Source: Pelagomonas calceolata
Lineage: Eukaryota
NCBI GenBank assembly: GCA_918797485.1
Contig: CAKKNE010000002.1
Coordinates: forward strand, 4,030,001-4,094,000
DNA length: 64,000 bases
Reading direction: 5' to 3'
In this document: one piece after another, positions 50,391 to 59,580 of the stretch
Numbering within the stretch: the stretch's first letter is position 1
Layout of the letters: every line of letters begins with the position of its first letter
Translations under genes and position numbers: made by a program
Notes under the pieces: generated by a model
Told to the model about the DNA's origin: nothing
Seen by the model: only the letters and a program-made list of their open reading frames with translations
Databases searched by the model: none

Positions 50391-50618
50391 GTCGTCGCGG
50401 GCCTTGCGATTACCGAGAATCGCCTGCTCTGAAAAAAAAAGCTGAGTCGGCCACCACTGCGGCTACGCGTTCGCTTCCGTCGCTTAGGAGTCGAAACGCA
50501 ATCTATTTCTCCGTCCCACTCAAAATCGCTCGGCCGGTTGTGACGTTTTGCGTGTGTGGCTGGAACTATTTACAAAAACCCGGCGCTGTCTAGGAAACAA
50601 AATACACAGCAATTACAA

Positions 50619-53014
50619 CTATACGACGCCGCCGCCGCGAACAAACACCGTCGCCGCGTCGAACCCCACTCTTGAATCGCCGCGGACGCCGGCCTCGACG
50701 CGGTAGGCGCCCTTCTTTGCGAAGACCGTAGAAGGCACAGAGAGCGCCACGGACACCGTCGCGTTCACACCAACATGGACGCGGTCGAACGCCACGAGAT
50801 TTTTGAGCGCCACGCCGTCGGCGCCCGCGTTTGGTGGAACGAGGAACAGCAAAACGACGTCGTCGCTGGCCATGCTACCAGTATTCGTCACGTCCACCAC
50901 GAACGAAGTCGCGCCCACGACGCGCAAGGCATAGCGGAACGTCGTATAAGACAGCCCGAAGCCGAAGGGCACGACAGCTTTACCTTCGTAGAACCGGTAC
51001 GTGCGGCCCGGGTTCACGCCTCGCGGACACCTTGAAACATTCTTCATGGCGCAGTCGGGCCGCGCGAAGACCGAGGGCCCCGGCCGCATGTTGAAATCGG
51101 CGATGGAGATGGCATCCTCGTAGGCCGCGGGGTAGACCGTCTGGACGGCTCGGCCCGCGAAGGACCGCCGTCCGTACAGCAGATCACTAAAGCCGACGAC
51201 GGCGACGGACGGCTGGCCGAGGTGCGCGATGGCGCCAACTTTGTCATTGGCCTTCAGCGCGGTTATATCGAGCGGCGTCGCCGTGAGGAGCACGACGGTG
51301 ATCGGCTTTCTGGCCGCGGCGGCGACCTCCTCGACCAATCGCAGCTGGTCCGCCGGCAATCTGATCGATGGCGCGTCCCTGCCCTCGCGGGCGTAGTTTA
51401 AATCAGTGCCGAGCGCCAGGACGACGGCGTCGACCGTAGATGCGGCCGCAACCGCGCGGTCGAGGTCCTGCTCGTAGACGACGTCGACGCGGCCCGCTTC
51501 GCGCACGGCGTCCACGAGGCCAGGGTAAGCGCCGCCACAAACATCACGAGGCCCGTAGTAGCTCGCCAGGACTTGGGAAATATTCGCCGTTGGGCCGCTC
51601 ACGAGCAGCGTCTCCACCCTTCGAAGGGGCAAGGCACCGTCGTTCTTGTACAGCGTTGCGGACTGCGCGACGCCTTCATAACTTGTCTGCACGTGCGCCT
51701 TCGAGCAAACAACACTTTCGGGTATCATATCTAAGGGTCCCCGCGGCTTCTTATTATCAAAACTCAGGTCGAAGTGGCCGAGCCTTAATCTAACCTTAAA
51801 GAGGTTGACGAGCCGCTCATCAATTAAAGCCTCGTCAACCAGGCCCTCGGCGAGCGCCTTCGAAGCATGACGAGTAACGAATTCCCCACAATCGACGTCT
51901 GTTCCTGCCGTCAGGACGTCGCGGACCTGTGTGGAAATCAAATTTCGGGCGCCCCACGCCATCGACGCGACATGCCTCCGTAGCTGCGTCTGGGCGATGG
52001 CGTGGCGATTCCACGCCATCGACGCGAAGTTGTCCTCGTGATCGCGTCGGCTCGATGGCGTGGAGGCTCACGAAGGTCCACTAACCTAACTCACTGGTTG
52101 ATTTCCACACAGTCGCAGACGGCCTCGGCGCGCGTCGCCGCGTACTTGTGCGTGTTGTAGACGTTGCGGTCCGCGTCGCAGTCTGATGTGACGTAGCCGT
52201 CGAAGCCCCAGGACTTCGCAGTGTCGAGCAATTCTTTGGAAGCGCACGCCGGCACACCATTAAGTGAATTGTAGGAGCACATCAACCCGGACACGCCCGC
52301 TCTAACACAAGCTTCAAAAGGCGGCAAATAAGAATCAAGCAGGTCGCGCTCAGTCACTTGCGCATTATCGTGCCGTCTATCATACTCCTCGCCGTCAAGT
52401 TGTGTGGTTTTCTCGAGCTCGTTGGCCACGAAGTGCTTGCAGCACGCCGACGCCTGGAGGAAGCCGCCCTGTTTGTTTTGTAGGCCGCTGATGAAGGATG
52501 ATGCATACTCTCCGGTGAGAAAGGGGTCCTCGCCGGGCACCTCGACGTTCCTCCCCCAGCGCGGGTCGCGCGCGAGGTTGACGACGGGCGTCCACAACGT
52601 GGAATAGGCCTTGCCGGCGTTCATGAGCGCCCTCGCTTCCCGCCCGATGGCCTCTCCTGTTACTCGCCAGAGGCTCCGGTTGAAAGCCATGCCTGTGGTC
52701 ACGGGATAGGCGAAGTGTGTATGGAAACCGTCCGCGCCGTGGGCGCCGTTCGCCACGCCTGACGTCGCCTCGGACCACCAGTCGTACTTTCCGAGGCCCA
52801 GCGACGGCGTCGGGCCCTGCTCCGTGCCCAGCGCGTCGATCTTTTCCGTTAGTGACATTCGGCCGACGGCGTCTCTTGAACGTTGGTCAATTGTGAGCGA
52901 TGCGTTGCAGAACGGCAGCGCTGCGAACGGTGCGGAGAGGCATGGGTTGGTGAGCTTGCGGGTGTCGGCGCTGGCGGCTGCCGCCAGGAGGAATGGCAGC
53001 ATTGCTTTCCGCAT
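50619..53014 (-). CDS. GH3 beta-xylosidase/alpha-arabinofuranosidase, 2 exons: join(52121..53014, 50619..51926)
   Basis: WWSEA, NLARDPRWGRNVEVPGEDP, CKHF, LMCSYN, GYVTSDCDA, EGRD, GRTYRFY and FGFGLSYT motifs. Removing the phase-0 intron 51927-52120 gives EAVRDVLTAGTDVDCG. Confidence 0.93.
51927..52112. mobile_element. 186-bp TIR element forming a GT-AG intron (introner), 8-bp TSD
   Basis: Perfect 15-bp TIRs CTGTGTGGAAATCAA (51927-51941) and TTGATTTCCACACAG (52098-52112); TSD TCGCGGAC/TCGCAGAC (one mismatch); internal CCACGCCATCG repeats in both orientations. Confidence 0.93.
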
Positions 53015-53135
53015 CGATGGCTTTGATGGTTTTCGCTGCGCTTGGGGGGTCTCAGGCGTATGGATGAATGCCTTTACGCCTCTCGGATCGCCCGGTAAAC
53101 TCAGCACTGAGCAAAAGCCCCCCAGCACTGCTTAT

Positions 53136-53156
53136 GTAGCGTCTGTAACATACTAG
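53136..53156 (-). promoter_or_regulatory. Variant element upstream of the GH3 gene
   Basis: GTAGCGTCTGTAACATACTAG. Confidence 0.5.
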
Positions 53157-53318
53157 CCAGCACCGAGTATAACCTCTGACACTAGCGCTGAAGAGATTTC
53201 CTCGAGTAGTTTGCACAGAGTCGCCGTAGATATTGTGAGGCTCGATCGTACCGCGGTTAGGTAACCGTGTTACTCTCCTAAAAAAAGCAAGAGAGAATAA
53301 TCCTCAGTGAGAGCCATC

Positions 53319-53498
53319 ATGGGTTGCGCCGCCTCCAGGGCCGACGGCCTGGACCACGAGGAGGCCCTCCAGCACGTCATACAGATGATGCGCGAGCTCA
53401 AGGTAAAACAAATTGCAAACATCGCCGCGCGGCGCGAGGGCCGGAGGAGCCGCGAGAAGTATTATCTACACGTTCTTCCAGCGGTCGGGGAACCGTGA
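53319..53498 (+). CDS. Short ORF with MGC N-terminus (possible myristoylated/palmitoylated small protein or gene remnant)
   Basis: ATG GGT TGC start and coding-like first half, downstream of a promoter-motif variant. Confidence 0.3.
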   Translation: MGCAASRADGLDHEEALQHVIQMMRELKVKQIANIAARREGRRSREKYYLHVLPAVGEP

Positions 53499-53567
53499 GC
53501 GGTACGCAGTGGTGATTCGCGGGGTGGTCTGCGGGCTAAGCTAAGTACCAACGAATTAAGTTAAACA

Positions 53568-54041
53568 TCAGAGCTCGTCCTCGCCCTCGCCGAACCGCTC
53601 GTAGAGGCCCTCCTCGACATCCCCCAGCTCGGGCTCGACGAGCTTCACCGTGGACTTGTGCTGGTCGGGGTGCTCGTCGTCGAAAAACGCCTCGCCGTAA
53701 CCGTCGTCCGCGTACAGGACGCCCTCGGGGCCCAGGCCCAACTCCTCGAAGAGTGCGTCGAGCTCGTCGCCGCTTGCGGGGTTCTCCCCAAAAATCTTCT
53801 CGAGGAGCTCGGGCGAGACCTCGCCCGGGTAGTCGGCCATGTCCTCCATATTAAACTGCTCGATGCCGTCGTAATAATCGTCGGGGCCGTCGTAGTACAA
53901 CGCCTGGTCGTATTCTATATAAGACTCCGGGTCCTCGTAGTCGCCCTCTCCATCGAGGTCGAAGAGGTCCTCCTCGTCGAGGTCGTCGGCTCGTACGTAA
54001 TATCGTAGCAACAAGCAGAGCAATGCGCGCCGGAGGCGCAT
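53568..54041 (-). CDS. Small, very acidic secretory-pathway protein with ER-retention-like C-terminus (EDEL)
   Basis: Signal peptide MRLRRALLCLLLRYYVRA from ATG 54041; D/E/Y-rich body; ends GEDEL. Confidence 0.65.
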   Translation of the reverse strand: MRLRRALLCLLLRYYVRADDLDEEDLFDLDGEGDYEDPESYIEYDQALYYDGPDDYYDGIEQFNMEDMADYPGEVSPELLEKIFGENPASGDELDALFEELGLGPEGVLYADDGYGEAFFDDEHPDQHKSTVKLVEPELGDVEEGLYERFGEGEDEL

Positions 54042-54210
54042 TGTGCTGCTGCGTTCGGGAGAGCCCTTGGGTTTTGGAGGCTGCGAAGCTCTGGCACGCG
54101 TCGGCCGCGCTTGTGGCAGGCTGCAGGGATGCGTTTGGGCTGCAATGAGCCAGTGGTATTGTAAAAACACACGGCTGCAGGCGATTTGACCTTGGTCGGC
54201 TTTGAGCTCG

Positions 54211-54232
54211 CTAGTGTCTTACAGTACGCTAG
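54211..54232 (+). promoter_or_regulatory. CTAG-TGTCTTAC-CTAG element (EDEL protein / plastid protein divergent region)
   Basis: CTAGTGTCTTACAGTACGCTAG. Confidence 0.7.
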
Positions 54233-54384
54233 CGTGCAGCGTCTTCAAGTAGCGCATACTCTTCACCTAGGCAACTCTGTGACCACATCGATCGTCAACG
54301 CAGCAAGCGTGGTCCTACGGAACGTGCGGCAGCACAAACACCGCATCTCAGCACGGTGCGACTGCAAAAAACACAAGTAAGAGC

Positions 54385-55299
54385 ATGCACGCAAAAGCAG
54401 CCCTCCTCGCCGCGGCGGCAGTGGCCTTCGCGCCGCCACCAAGCCAACCAGCACCACCGCGACCGCACGCCGCATCAATCGCACTGGAAGAGGAGCCGGC
54501 GAAGCCCGTACGCGGCGTCCGCCGCGCCGCGCTCTGGATGAACGTGAGGAGCGCGCTCTGCTACGCGAACAACATCTTCCCAAAAAACGCCTACGGACGC
54601 GGCGTGTCCTTCCGGGCGAAGCGCGAGGGCTTCTGGGTGTCGCCGGCCAATCCTTGGGCGGCCAAACCAATAATAAGGGCCTGTCGCACAATCAAAAGCC
54701 AACAACCCTACTTACTCAACGACTTGCGCAAGAACGTCTGCTTCCTGCACAACCCCGATAAAAAACTAAGTCCCCAGTTCGTCATGCACTGCGACTGGTG
54801 TTCTTTACTGAACGGCATTTGCCATACCATAAAAACGAATGCAGGGACCGGCGACGAAGCCGCGCGGGTTATTGGAGTGGCTTCCGGAGATTTCGAGCGG
54901 GCCGAGGCCTACATGCGCTTCGCCATGGCCAGTCGCCACAATGAAGATGAAAATGCGTTTTTGCGGGACGCGGACGCGTACTGCGACGAGGCCTTCGGTT
55001 CCTTGGACGAAAGCCTGCGGGTCTTCTCGCGCTTCGCTTTGAGGTTAGAAAGGGTGGAATTGGTGTGGTGTCCGTTCAAGCGCTGCGCCGAGGATTACTA
55101 CCGGAACGCTGATGCGAGGTATCGCCGTCATCCATCGCCCGAAGCCGAGGAGGCGCTCTATAAACGTTTAGGGGCCATGCTCGGTGATACCGTGGAATGT
55201 AGAGACTGCGCATCGGAGTTCAACGCGGAATTCCCGATGGAGGGCTCGAACGCGCGATCGATCTACCAGGGGCTCCTGGACGCGCTGTGTAACGATTAG
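54385..55299 (+). CDS. Hypothetical protein with bipartite plastid-type presequence
   Basis: MHAKAALLAAAAVA-FAPP signal/transit junction; 304-aa ORF. Confidence 0.6.
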   Translation: MHAKAALLAAAAVAFAPPPSQPAPPRPHAASIALEEEPAKPVRGVRRAALWMNVRSALCYANNIFPKNAYGRGVSFRAKREGFWVSPANPWAAKPIIRACRTIKSQQPYLLNDLRKNVCFLHNPDKKLSPQFVMHCDWCSLLNGICHTIKTNAGTGDEAARVIGVASGDFERAEAYMRFAMASRHNEDENAFLRDADAYCDEAFGSLDESLRVFSRFALRLERVELVWCPFKRCAEDYYRNADARYRRHPSPEAEEALYKRLGAMLGDTVECRDCASEFNAEFPMEGSNARSIYQGLLDALCND

Positions 55300-55305
55300 T
55301 GTAGA

Positions 55306-55435
55306 GACCTTCGTGAACCTCCACGCCATCGAACCGACGCGGCCACTGGAACGACATCGCGTGGATGGCGTGCAAGTTCCACGCCATCGAGCAGATGCAG
55401 CCATAGGAACAACGTCACGTCGATGGCGTGGGGCG
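55306..55435 (+). mobile_element. Degenerate TIR-less relic of the 51927-52112 introner
   Basis: Colinear with the reverse complement of the element interior: GACCTTCGTGA.CCTCCACGCCATCGA.CCGACGCG...GATGGCGTG...CCACGCCATCG..CAGA.GCAGC...CGTCGATGGCGTGGGGCG. Confidence 0.85.
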
Positions 55436-55443
55436 GTTTATAG

Positions 55444-55866
55444 TTAACTCACCTTAGGGCGCCGCAGCTTCACGTAGAGCGTCGCACACATCGACGCGAG
55501 CGGGCCGACGCAGCAGACTCCGACAAATTGATAGAGCAGCGACCACTCGAACCGCGTCGCTACACTCATAAACGCGACGGCGGTCACGGGTGCAACAATG
55601 ATCCCGTCGTCGCCCGCGTCCCGCGTCGCTCCCAACACCTCCATGGCGCCGCAGTAGCAGGCCGCGCCCGCGTTCAGCCCCATCCCGAACGCCGTCCCCG
55701 TCGGTATTATTGATAGGTCCAATACTTTCGCAAGGAGATAGAAGGGCGGCGCCACGAAGGCGGCGAGCTGGACGAAGTGCGACCAGATGTGGACGAACGC
55801 GAAGCCCCGGTTTAATAATCGATCCGTCCAGCCGGCGCCCTGGTAGGGGGTCGCGGTCGATGACAT
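55444..55866 (-). CDS. Small multi-pass membrane protein, function unknown
   Basis: 140-aa ATG ORF with about 4 hydrophobic segments. Confidence 0.55.
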   Translation of the reverse strand: MSSTATPYQGAGWTDRLLNRGFAFVHIWSHFVQLAAFVAPPFYLLAKVLDLSIIPTGTAFGMGLNAGAACYCGAMEVLGATRDAGDDGIIVAPVTAVAFMSVATRFEWSLLYQFVGVCCVGPLASMCATLYVKLRRPKVS

Positions 55867-56200
55867 GGCTGTTCTGATTTTGGGGGCGCGTCGACGGCGT
55901 GGCGGCGGTGCTGCCTTCGATCGATGCGCTCGTCGCGACGCGTTCGTGAGCGGCTGCGACGCACGTGCTCTCCTGAGGCACTGATGCTCTCCGAGCTGTC
56001 CGCCTCCTGGAGGCCGTGAAACGTTGCGCGGCGGCTCGTGTTGTATGCTGGTGACACAAAGAGTGCCGCGTTAATCAATAGCACCAACAATGCCTACAGC
56101 GCGTGCGCGTGAACTTGTGCGCGGGTTTTGTCTCGTTCCAAAAACGCGACTCTCTCTCGCTCGTATTCCACGGAAGGAGCCCACCCACAATACCTCATAC

Positions 56201-57037
56201 TTACGCCTTCGGCGCCACCGCCCCGCCCTTGTCGAACATCGCCGCGCGCGCCTTCATCTTCGCCCTTCTAGCGTCCGCGTCGGCCTTGGCCGCCTTCTCC
56301 TTCTCCTCCTTGAGATTCTTGACGGCCTCGGCACCACTCGTCTTCTGGGCCTTGCGCTTCGCGGCGGCCAGGGTGAGTTCCAATTTGTTCGTCTCGGTCT
56401 CGTCGCCGGACTCGAGGATGCGCAGTTCTTGCCGCGCGGCCATGCCCTTGACGCCGCCGGCCTCGGCCTTCGCCGTGAGTTCGTCGACCTTCTTCTGGCG
56501 AGCTTTCTTCTCCGCGGCGAACGTCTCCAGGGCTTCCTCGAGCTGCGGCGACAAACCGGCAGGCATACTAAATAACTCCTCGAGCAATTTCGCGCCGACT
56601 TCCGTAATGCCCACGCCATCTAACGACAGGTCCTCCAAGGGCTCCTTCTCATGTCTCTTGTAGTATTCTCCTAAAATCATGGCCTTGTAGTGCAAGATCA
56701 GATATTCTATGAACGATATACGACCATCGGAGTTAATGTCCACGTCTTCGACCTCGTGCTTCCGCTGGATGCCGGTTCTCGTTTTCCCGTGCTTTTGCAA
56801 GAAATCCGCGGCTTGAATGTGGTTCATGTTTTGACTGGAATCGCCCGTGTTCTTGGCGTGCTTCTGGAACTCGGTGCAGAGTCGCGGCACGTCCTGCCAC
56901 TGATCTCCTAACGCAAAGATAAAGCTCTTGAGGAAGAACTCGCACTGGTCGACGGGGTCCTTCTGCCCTAGCTCCGTGAACCTATCTTGTGTGGATTGGC
57001 GGCGCTGGGGCTTCGGTTTTTCCAGGAGTTGGGCCAT
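56201..57037 (-). CDS. Calcium-regulated actin-bundling protein (Dictyostelium ABP34-like), EF-hand + C-terminal bundling domain
   Basis: EF-hand DINSDGRISFIE; C-terminal AGGVKGMAARQEL...DETETNKLELTLAAA. ATG at 57037. Confidence 0.75.
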   Translation of the reverse strand: MAQLLEKPKPQRRQSTQDRFTELGQKDPVDQCEFFLKSFIFALGDQWQDVPRLCTEFQKHAKNTGDSSQNMNHIQAADFLQKHGKTRTGIQRKHEVEDVDINSDGRISFIEYLILHYKAMILGEYYKRHEKEPLEDLSLDGVGITEVGAKLLEELFSMPAGLSPQLEEALETFAAEKKARQKKVDELTAKAEAGGVKGMAARQELRILESGDETETNKLELTLAAAKRKAQKTSGAEAVKNLKEEKEKAAKADADARRAKMKARAAMFDKGGAVAPKA

Positions 57038-57244
57038 GGTCGTCAAATGAGTAGCGCGGCGTCCCGCGGAGTTGCCTGTTATGCGCCTGGCCTAGGAATT
57101 TGGCTTTTTGGGAGGGTCGCGGCGGCTTATGCGTCGCAGCGCTGCGTCGACGGCTTTGCAGCGGTGCCCGTGCGTCCAAGCGCAGCGTGTGCTAGCACTG
57201 TGGCGCCCTGTAGCGCCGCAACAGATTTTTTTGACCCGGGGGAG

Positions 57245-57266
57245 CTAGCGGTGTGTAAGGCACTAG
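57245..57266 (-). promoter_or_regulatory. CTAG-TGTCTTAC-CTAG element (ABP34-like / MYND divergent region)
   Basis: CTAGCGGTGTGTAAGGCACTAG. Confidence 0.7.
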
Positions 57267-57330
57267 CCTTATCGGGCGGCGTCGAGCTTGCGTCGCAGGG
57301 CTGCCCCCGAGCGAGTTGACCATATACAAG

Positions 57331-58500
57331 ATGATCCTCACGCAGTGCGCCGTCTGCGCCACGGACCTTGGCCTAACTTCGGGCAAGAAATGCGGCCGCT
57401 GCAGTACACGCTACTGTGGGCCTGAATGCCAGGTGCAGCACTGGAAAGAGGGCGGCCATGACAAGCTCTGCAAACCAATTAAAAAAGCAGGCGGAGCTGA
57501 GCAGTACAACGCAAATAATAAATACACGGAGGCCGTCGCGGAGGCCGTCGAGGCGTGCGCGGACGACACGAAGGGCCAGACGTGCTACATCTGCACGCAG
57601 GCCCTCCATTGGAAGACCAAGGAGGGCCTTGTGCGCGGGTGTTCTTGCCGCGGGACGGCGGGCGTCGTGCACGTGTCGTGCTTGGCGGAGCAGGCGAAGA
57701 TTTTGGTCGCAGAGGCCGAGGAGAATAATAAAGACTCGCAGTGGCATCGGTGGCACACGTGCAGTCTATGCGAGCAACAATACCACGGTGTCGTGCGGTG
57801 CGCGCTCGGGTGGGCGTGCTGGAAGACGTACGTGGGGCGACCGGAGACAATACGTGGGCATCGGACAGGTGCGATGACAATGCTTGGGAACGGTTTATCC
57901 GCGGGAAAACACCTCGAGGACGCGTTGTCCGTGAAAAAGGCCGAGCTGTCTATTCTGCAGCGCCTTGGCGCACCGGAAGACGTCATTTTCGTCGTGCAGG
58001 GCAATATTGCGGTCACGTATGAATTGCTTGGGCGGGGCGAACTGGCTATCCGTTTAAAGCGAGACGTCTACTCTGGAAATCTGAAGCTCTTTGGCGAGGA
58101 ACATTTTGACAGCCTCACATCAGCCAACAACTACGCGTCGTCCCTCGTCGAACTAGGGCACTTCAAAGAAGCCAAAGCACTGATGCGCAAAACGATACCC
58201 GTGGTTCGACGTGTTCTTGGCGAGAATCATGATCTCATTCTCACAATGCGATGGAATTACGCGGAGGCGCTCTACAAGGACGATGGCGCGACGCTCGACG
58301 ATCTGCGCGAGGCCGTGACGACGCTCGATGGCACGGGACAGACAGCGCGGCGCGTGCTCGGTGGTGCGCATCCGATCACAAAGGGGATTGAGAGAGAACT
58401 GCAAATGTCTCGATCAGTGCTCCGTGCCTACGAAGATACAGCGCCAGGCGTGAGCGGTATCCGGAAGGCGGTGGAAGCGATGACGGCGGGGGATGCGTAA
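57331..58500 (+). CDS. MYND zinc finger - RING-variant - TPR (kinesin-light-chain-like) protein
   Basis: CAVC...CGRC...YCGPECQVQHWK...HDKLC; CYIC...GCSCRG...HVSCL; GEEH/GENH/GGAH TPR repeats. Confidence 0.85.
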   Translation: MILTQCAVCATDLGLTSGKKCGRCSTRYCGPECQVQHWKEGGHDKLCKPIKKAGGAEQYNANNKYTEAVAEAVEACADDTKGQTCYICTQALHWKTKEGLVRGCSCRGTAGVVHVSCLAEQAKILVAEAEENNKDSQWHRWHTCSLCEQQYHGVVRCALGWACWKTYVGRPETIRGHRTGAMTMLGNGLSAGKHLEDALSVKKAELSILQRLGAPEDVIFVVQGNIAVTYELLGRGELAIRLKRDVYSGNLKLFGEEHFDSLTSANNYASSLVELGHFKEAKALMRKTIPVVRRVLGENHDLILTMRWNYAEALYKDDGATLDDLREAVTTLDGTGQTARRVLGGAHPITKGIERELQMSRSVLRAYEDTAPGVSGIRKAVEAMTAGDA

Positions 58501-58524
58501 GAAAAGAAAAACACAAACTACGTA

Positions 58525-59412
58525 CTAGGACATGCTCACCCCCCGCTGCTGGAACGGGTACGTGTACGTGATGAGCGTCTCGAGGGCCTTCGCGTGGCGC
58601 TCGGCGACGCCGAGCGTCGCGTTCTCCAGCTTGAGCATGCGCCCGTCGACGGCCGTGTCGGCGTCCATGCGCGCCCGAGCTTCTCTTTCTAGAGCCTCGG
58701 CGACGTCGACGACCGCGCGCTCGAGCTCGCCGGCGCGCGCGAGCGCCGCCGCCGCGGCGTCGCCCGACACCGGTGGTGGTGGTGGTGGTCGCGAGGCAGC
58801 GGGCTTCGACGAGGACGCGGGTACCGCGTTCGCGGCGCTCGCCGCGGTCCGCGCGGCGGCCGTCGCCGCGGCGACGTCACGAGTTAAATCTGCGACGGCC
58901 TGTTCCAGCCGCTCCAGCCGCTTCGCGTCGAGGCCGCTCGGAGCGGCGCCCTCCGGAGGAGGCGACGCGGTCTCCGGGGGAGGCGACGCGGTCTTAGAGG
59001 CGGCCAGCGTCGCCGCGTCGAGGCGCGCGAGCGCCGCCGCGAGCTTCGCATCAGAAAAAGCGAGGCGCTGGTCGACCTCCTCGATGCCCGGCGCCCGTTT
59101 TAATATCTCAATAGCTTCATCTAACCTCTCCAACGTCCGGCACTCGGCCTGGGTCTCGCTCAGGGCCTGTTCCAGCGGTTGTGTCGCCATCGACGCCGCG
59201 GTCTGCATCCGGCCCACCAGGTCGTCCCTCAAAGATGCGACCTCGTTTTGTACGAGTAGTTTGATCTCCGCCTCGCTCATCCCCGACCCGCCGCCTCCAC
59301 CTATAGGGATGTACTGCGGCTCGCACTTGCCACGGCTGCCGCCGCGGCCGTCCATGAGGGTGAGCTTGGCGTCCAGCGCCGCCCACGTGGCGCAGAGGAG
59401 CATGCGTCGCAT
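58525..59412 (-). CDS. Hypothetical coiled-coil protein with N-terminal signal-like segment
   Basis: 295-aa ATG ORF with Ala/Glu/Leu heptads and Pro-rich linkers. Confidence 0.55.
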   Translation of the reverse strand: MRRMLLCATWAALDAKLTLMDGRGGSRGKCEPQYIPIGGGGGSGMSEAEIKLLVQNEVASLRDDLVGRMQTAASMATQPLEQALSETQAECRTLERLDEAIEILKRAPGIEEVDQRLAFSDAKLAAALARLDAATLAASKTASPPPETASPPPEGAAPSGLDAKRLERLEQAVADLTRDVAAATAAARTAASAANAVPASSSKPAASRPPPPPPVSGDAAAAALARAGELERAVVDVAEALEREARARMDADTAVDGRMLKLENATLGVAERHAKALETLITYTYPFQQRGVSMS

Positions 59413-59580
59413 GATTGACGCGTGTTTGGGCAGCGCGGGCAGCGTTTACAGTGCGCTGCAGCGGCACATTTGTGAGGCGCTCTGCGGCCTGAGCCTGCAC
59501 GAAAAAATTAGCGCAGGACTCTTCATCAAGCAGGAGCGCTCGATCGCGGGGAGGTGTCCGGCAGGGACGGGTTCACGGCG

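Noticed and set aside
49871..50593. 240-aa plus-strand ORF spanning the mini-introner
   Set aside because: Antisense shadow of the minus-strand coding exon; codon usage favours the minus strand.
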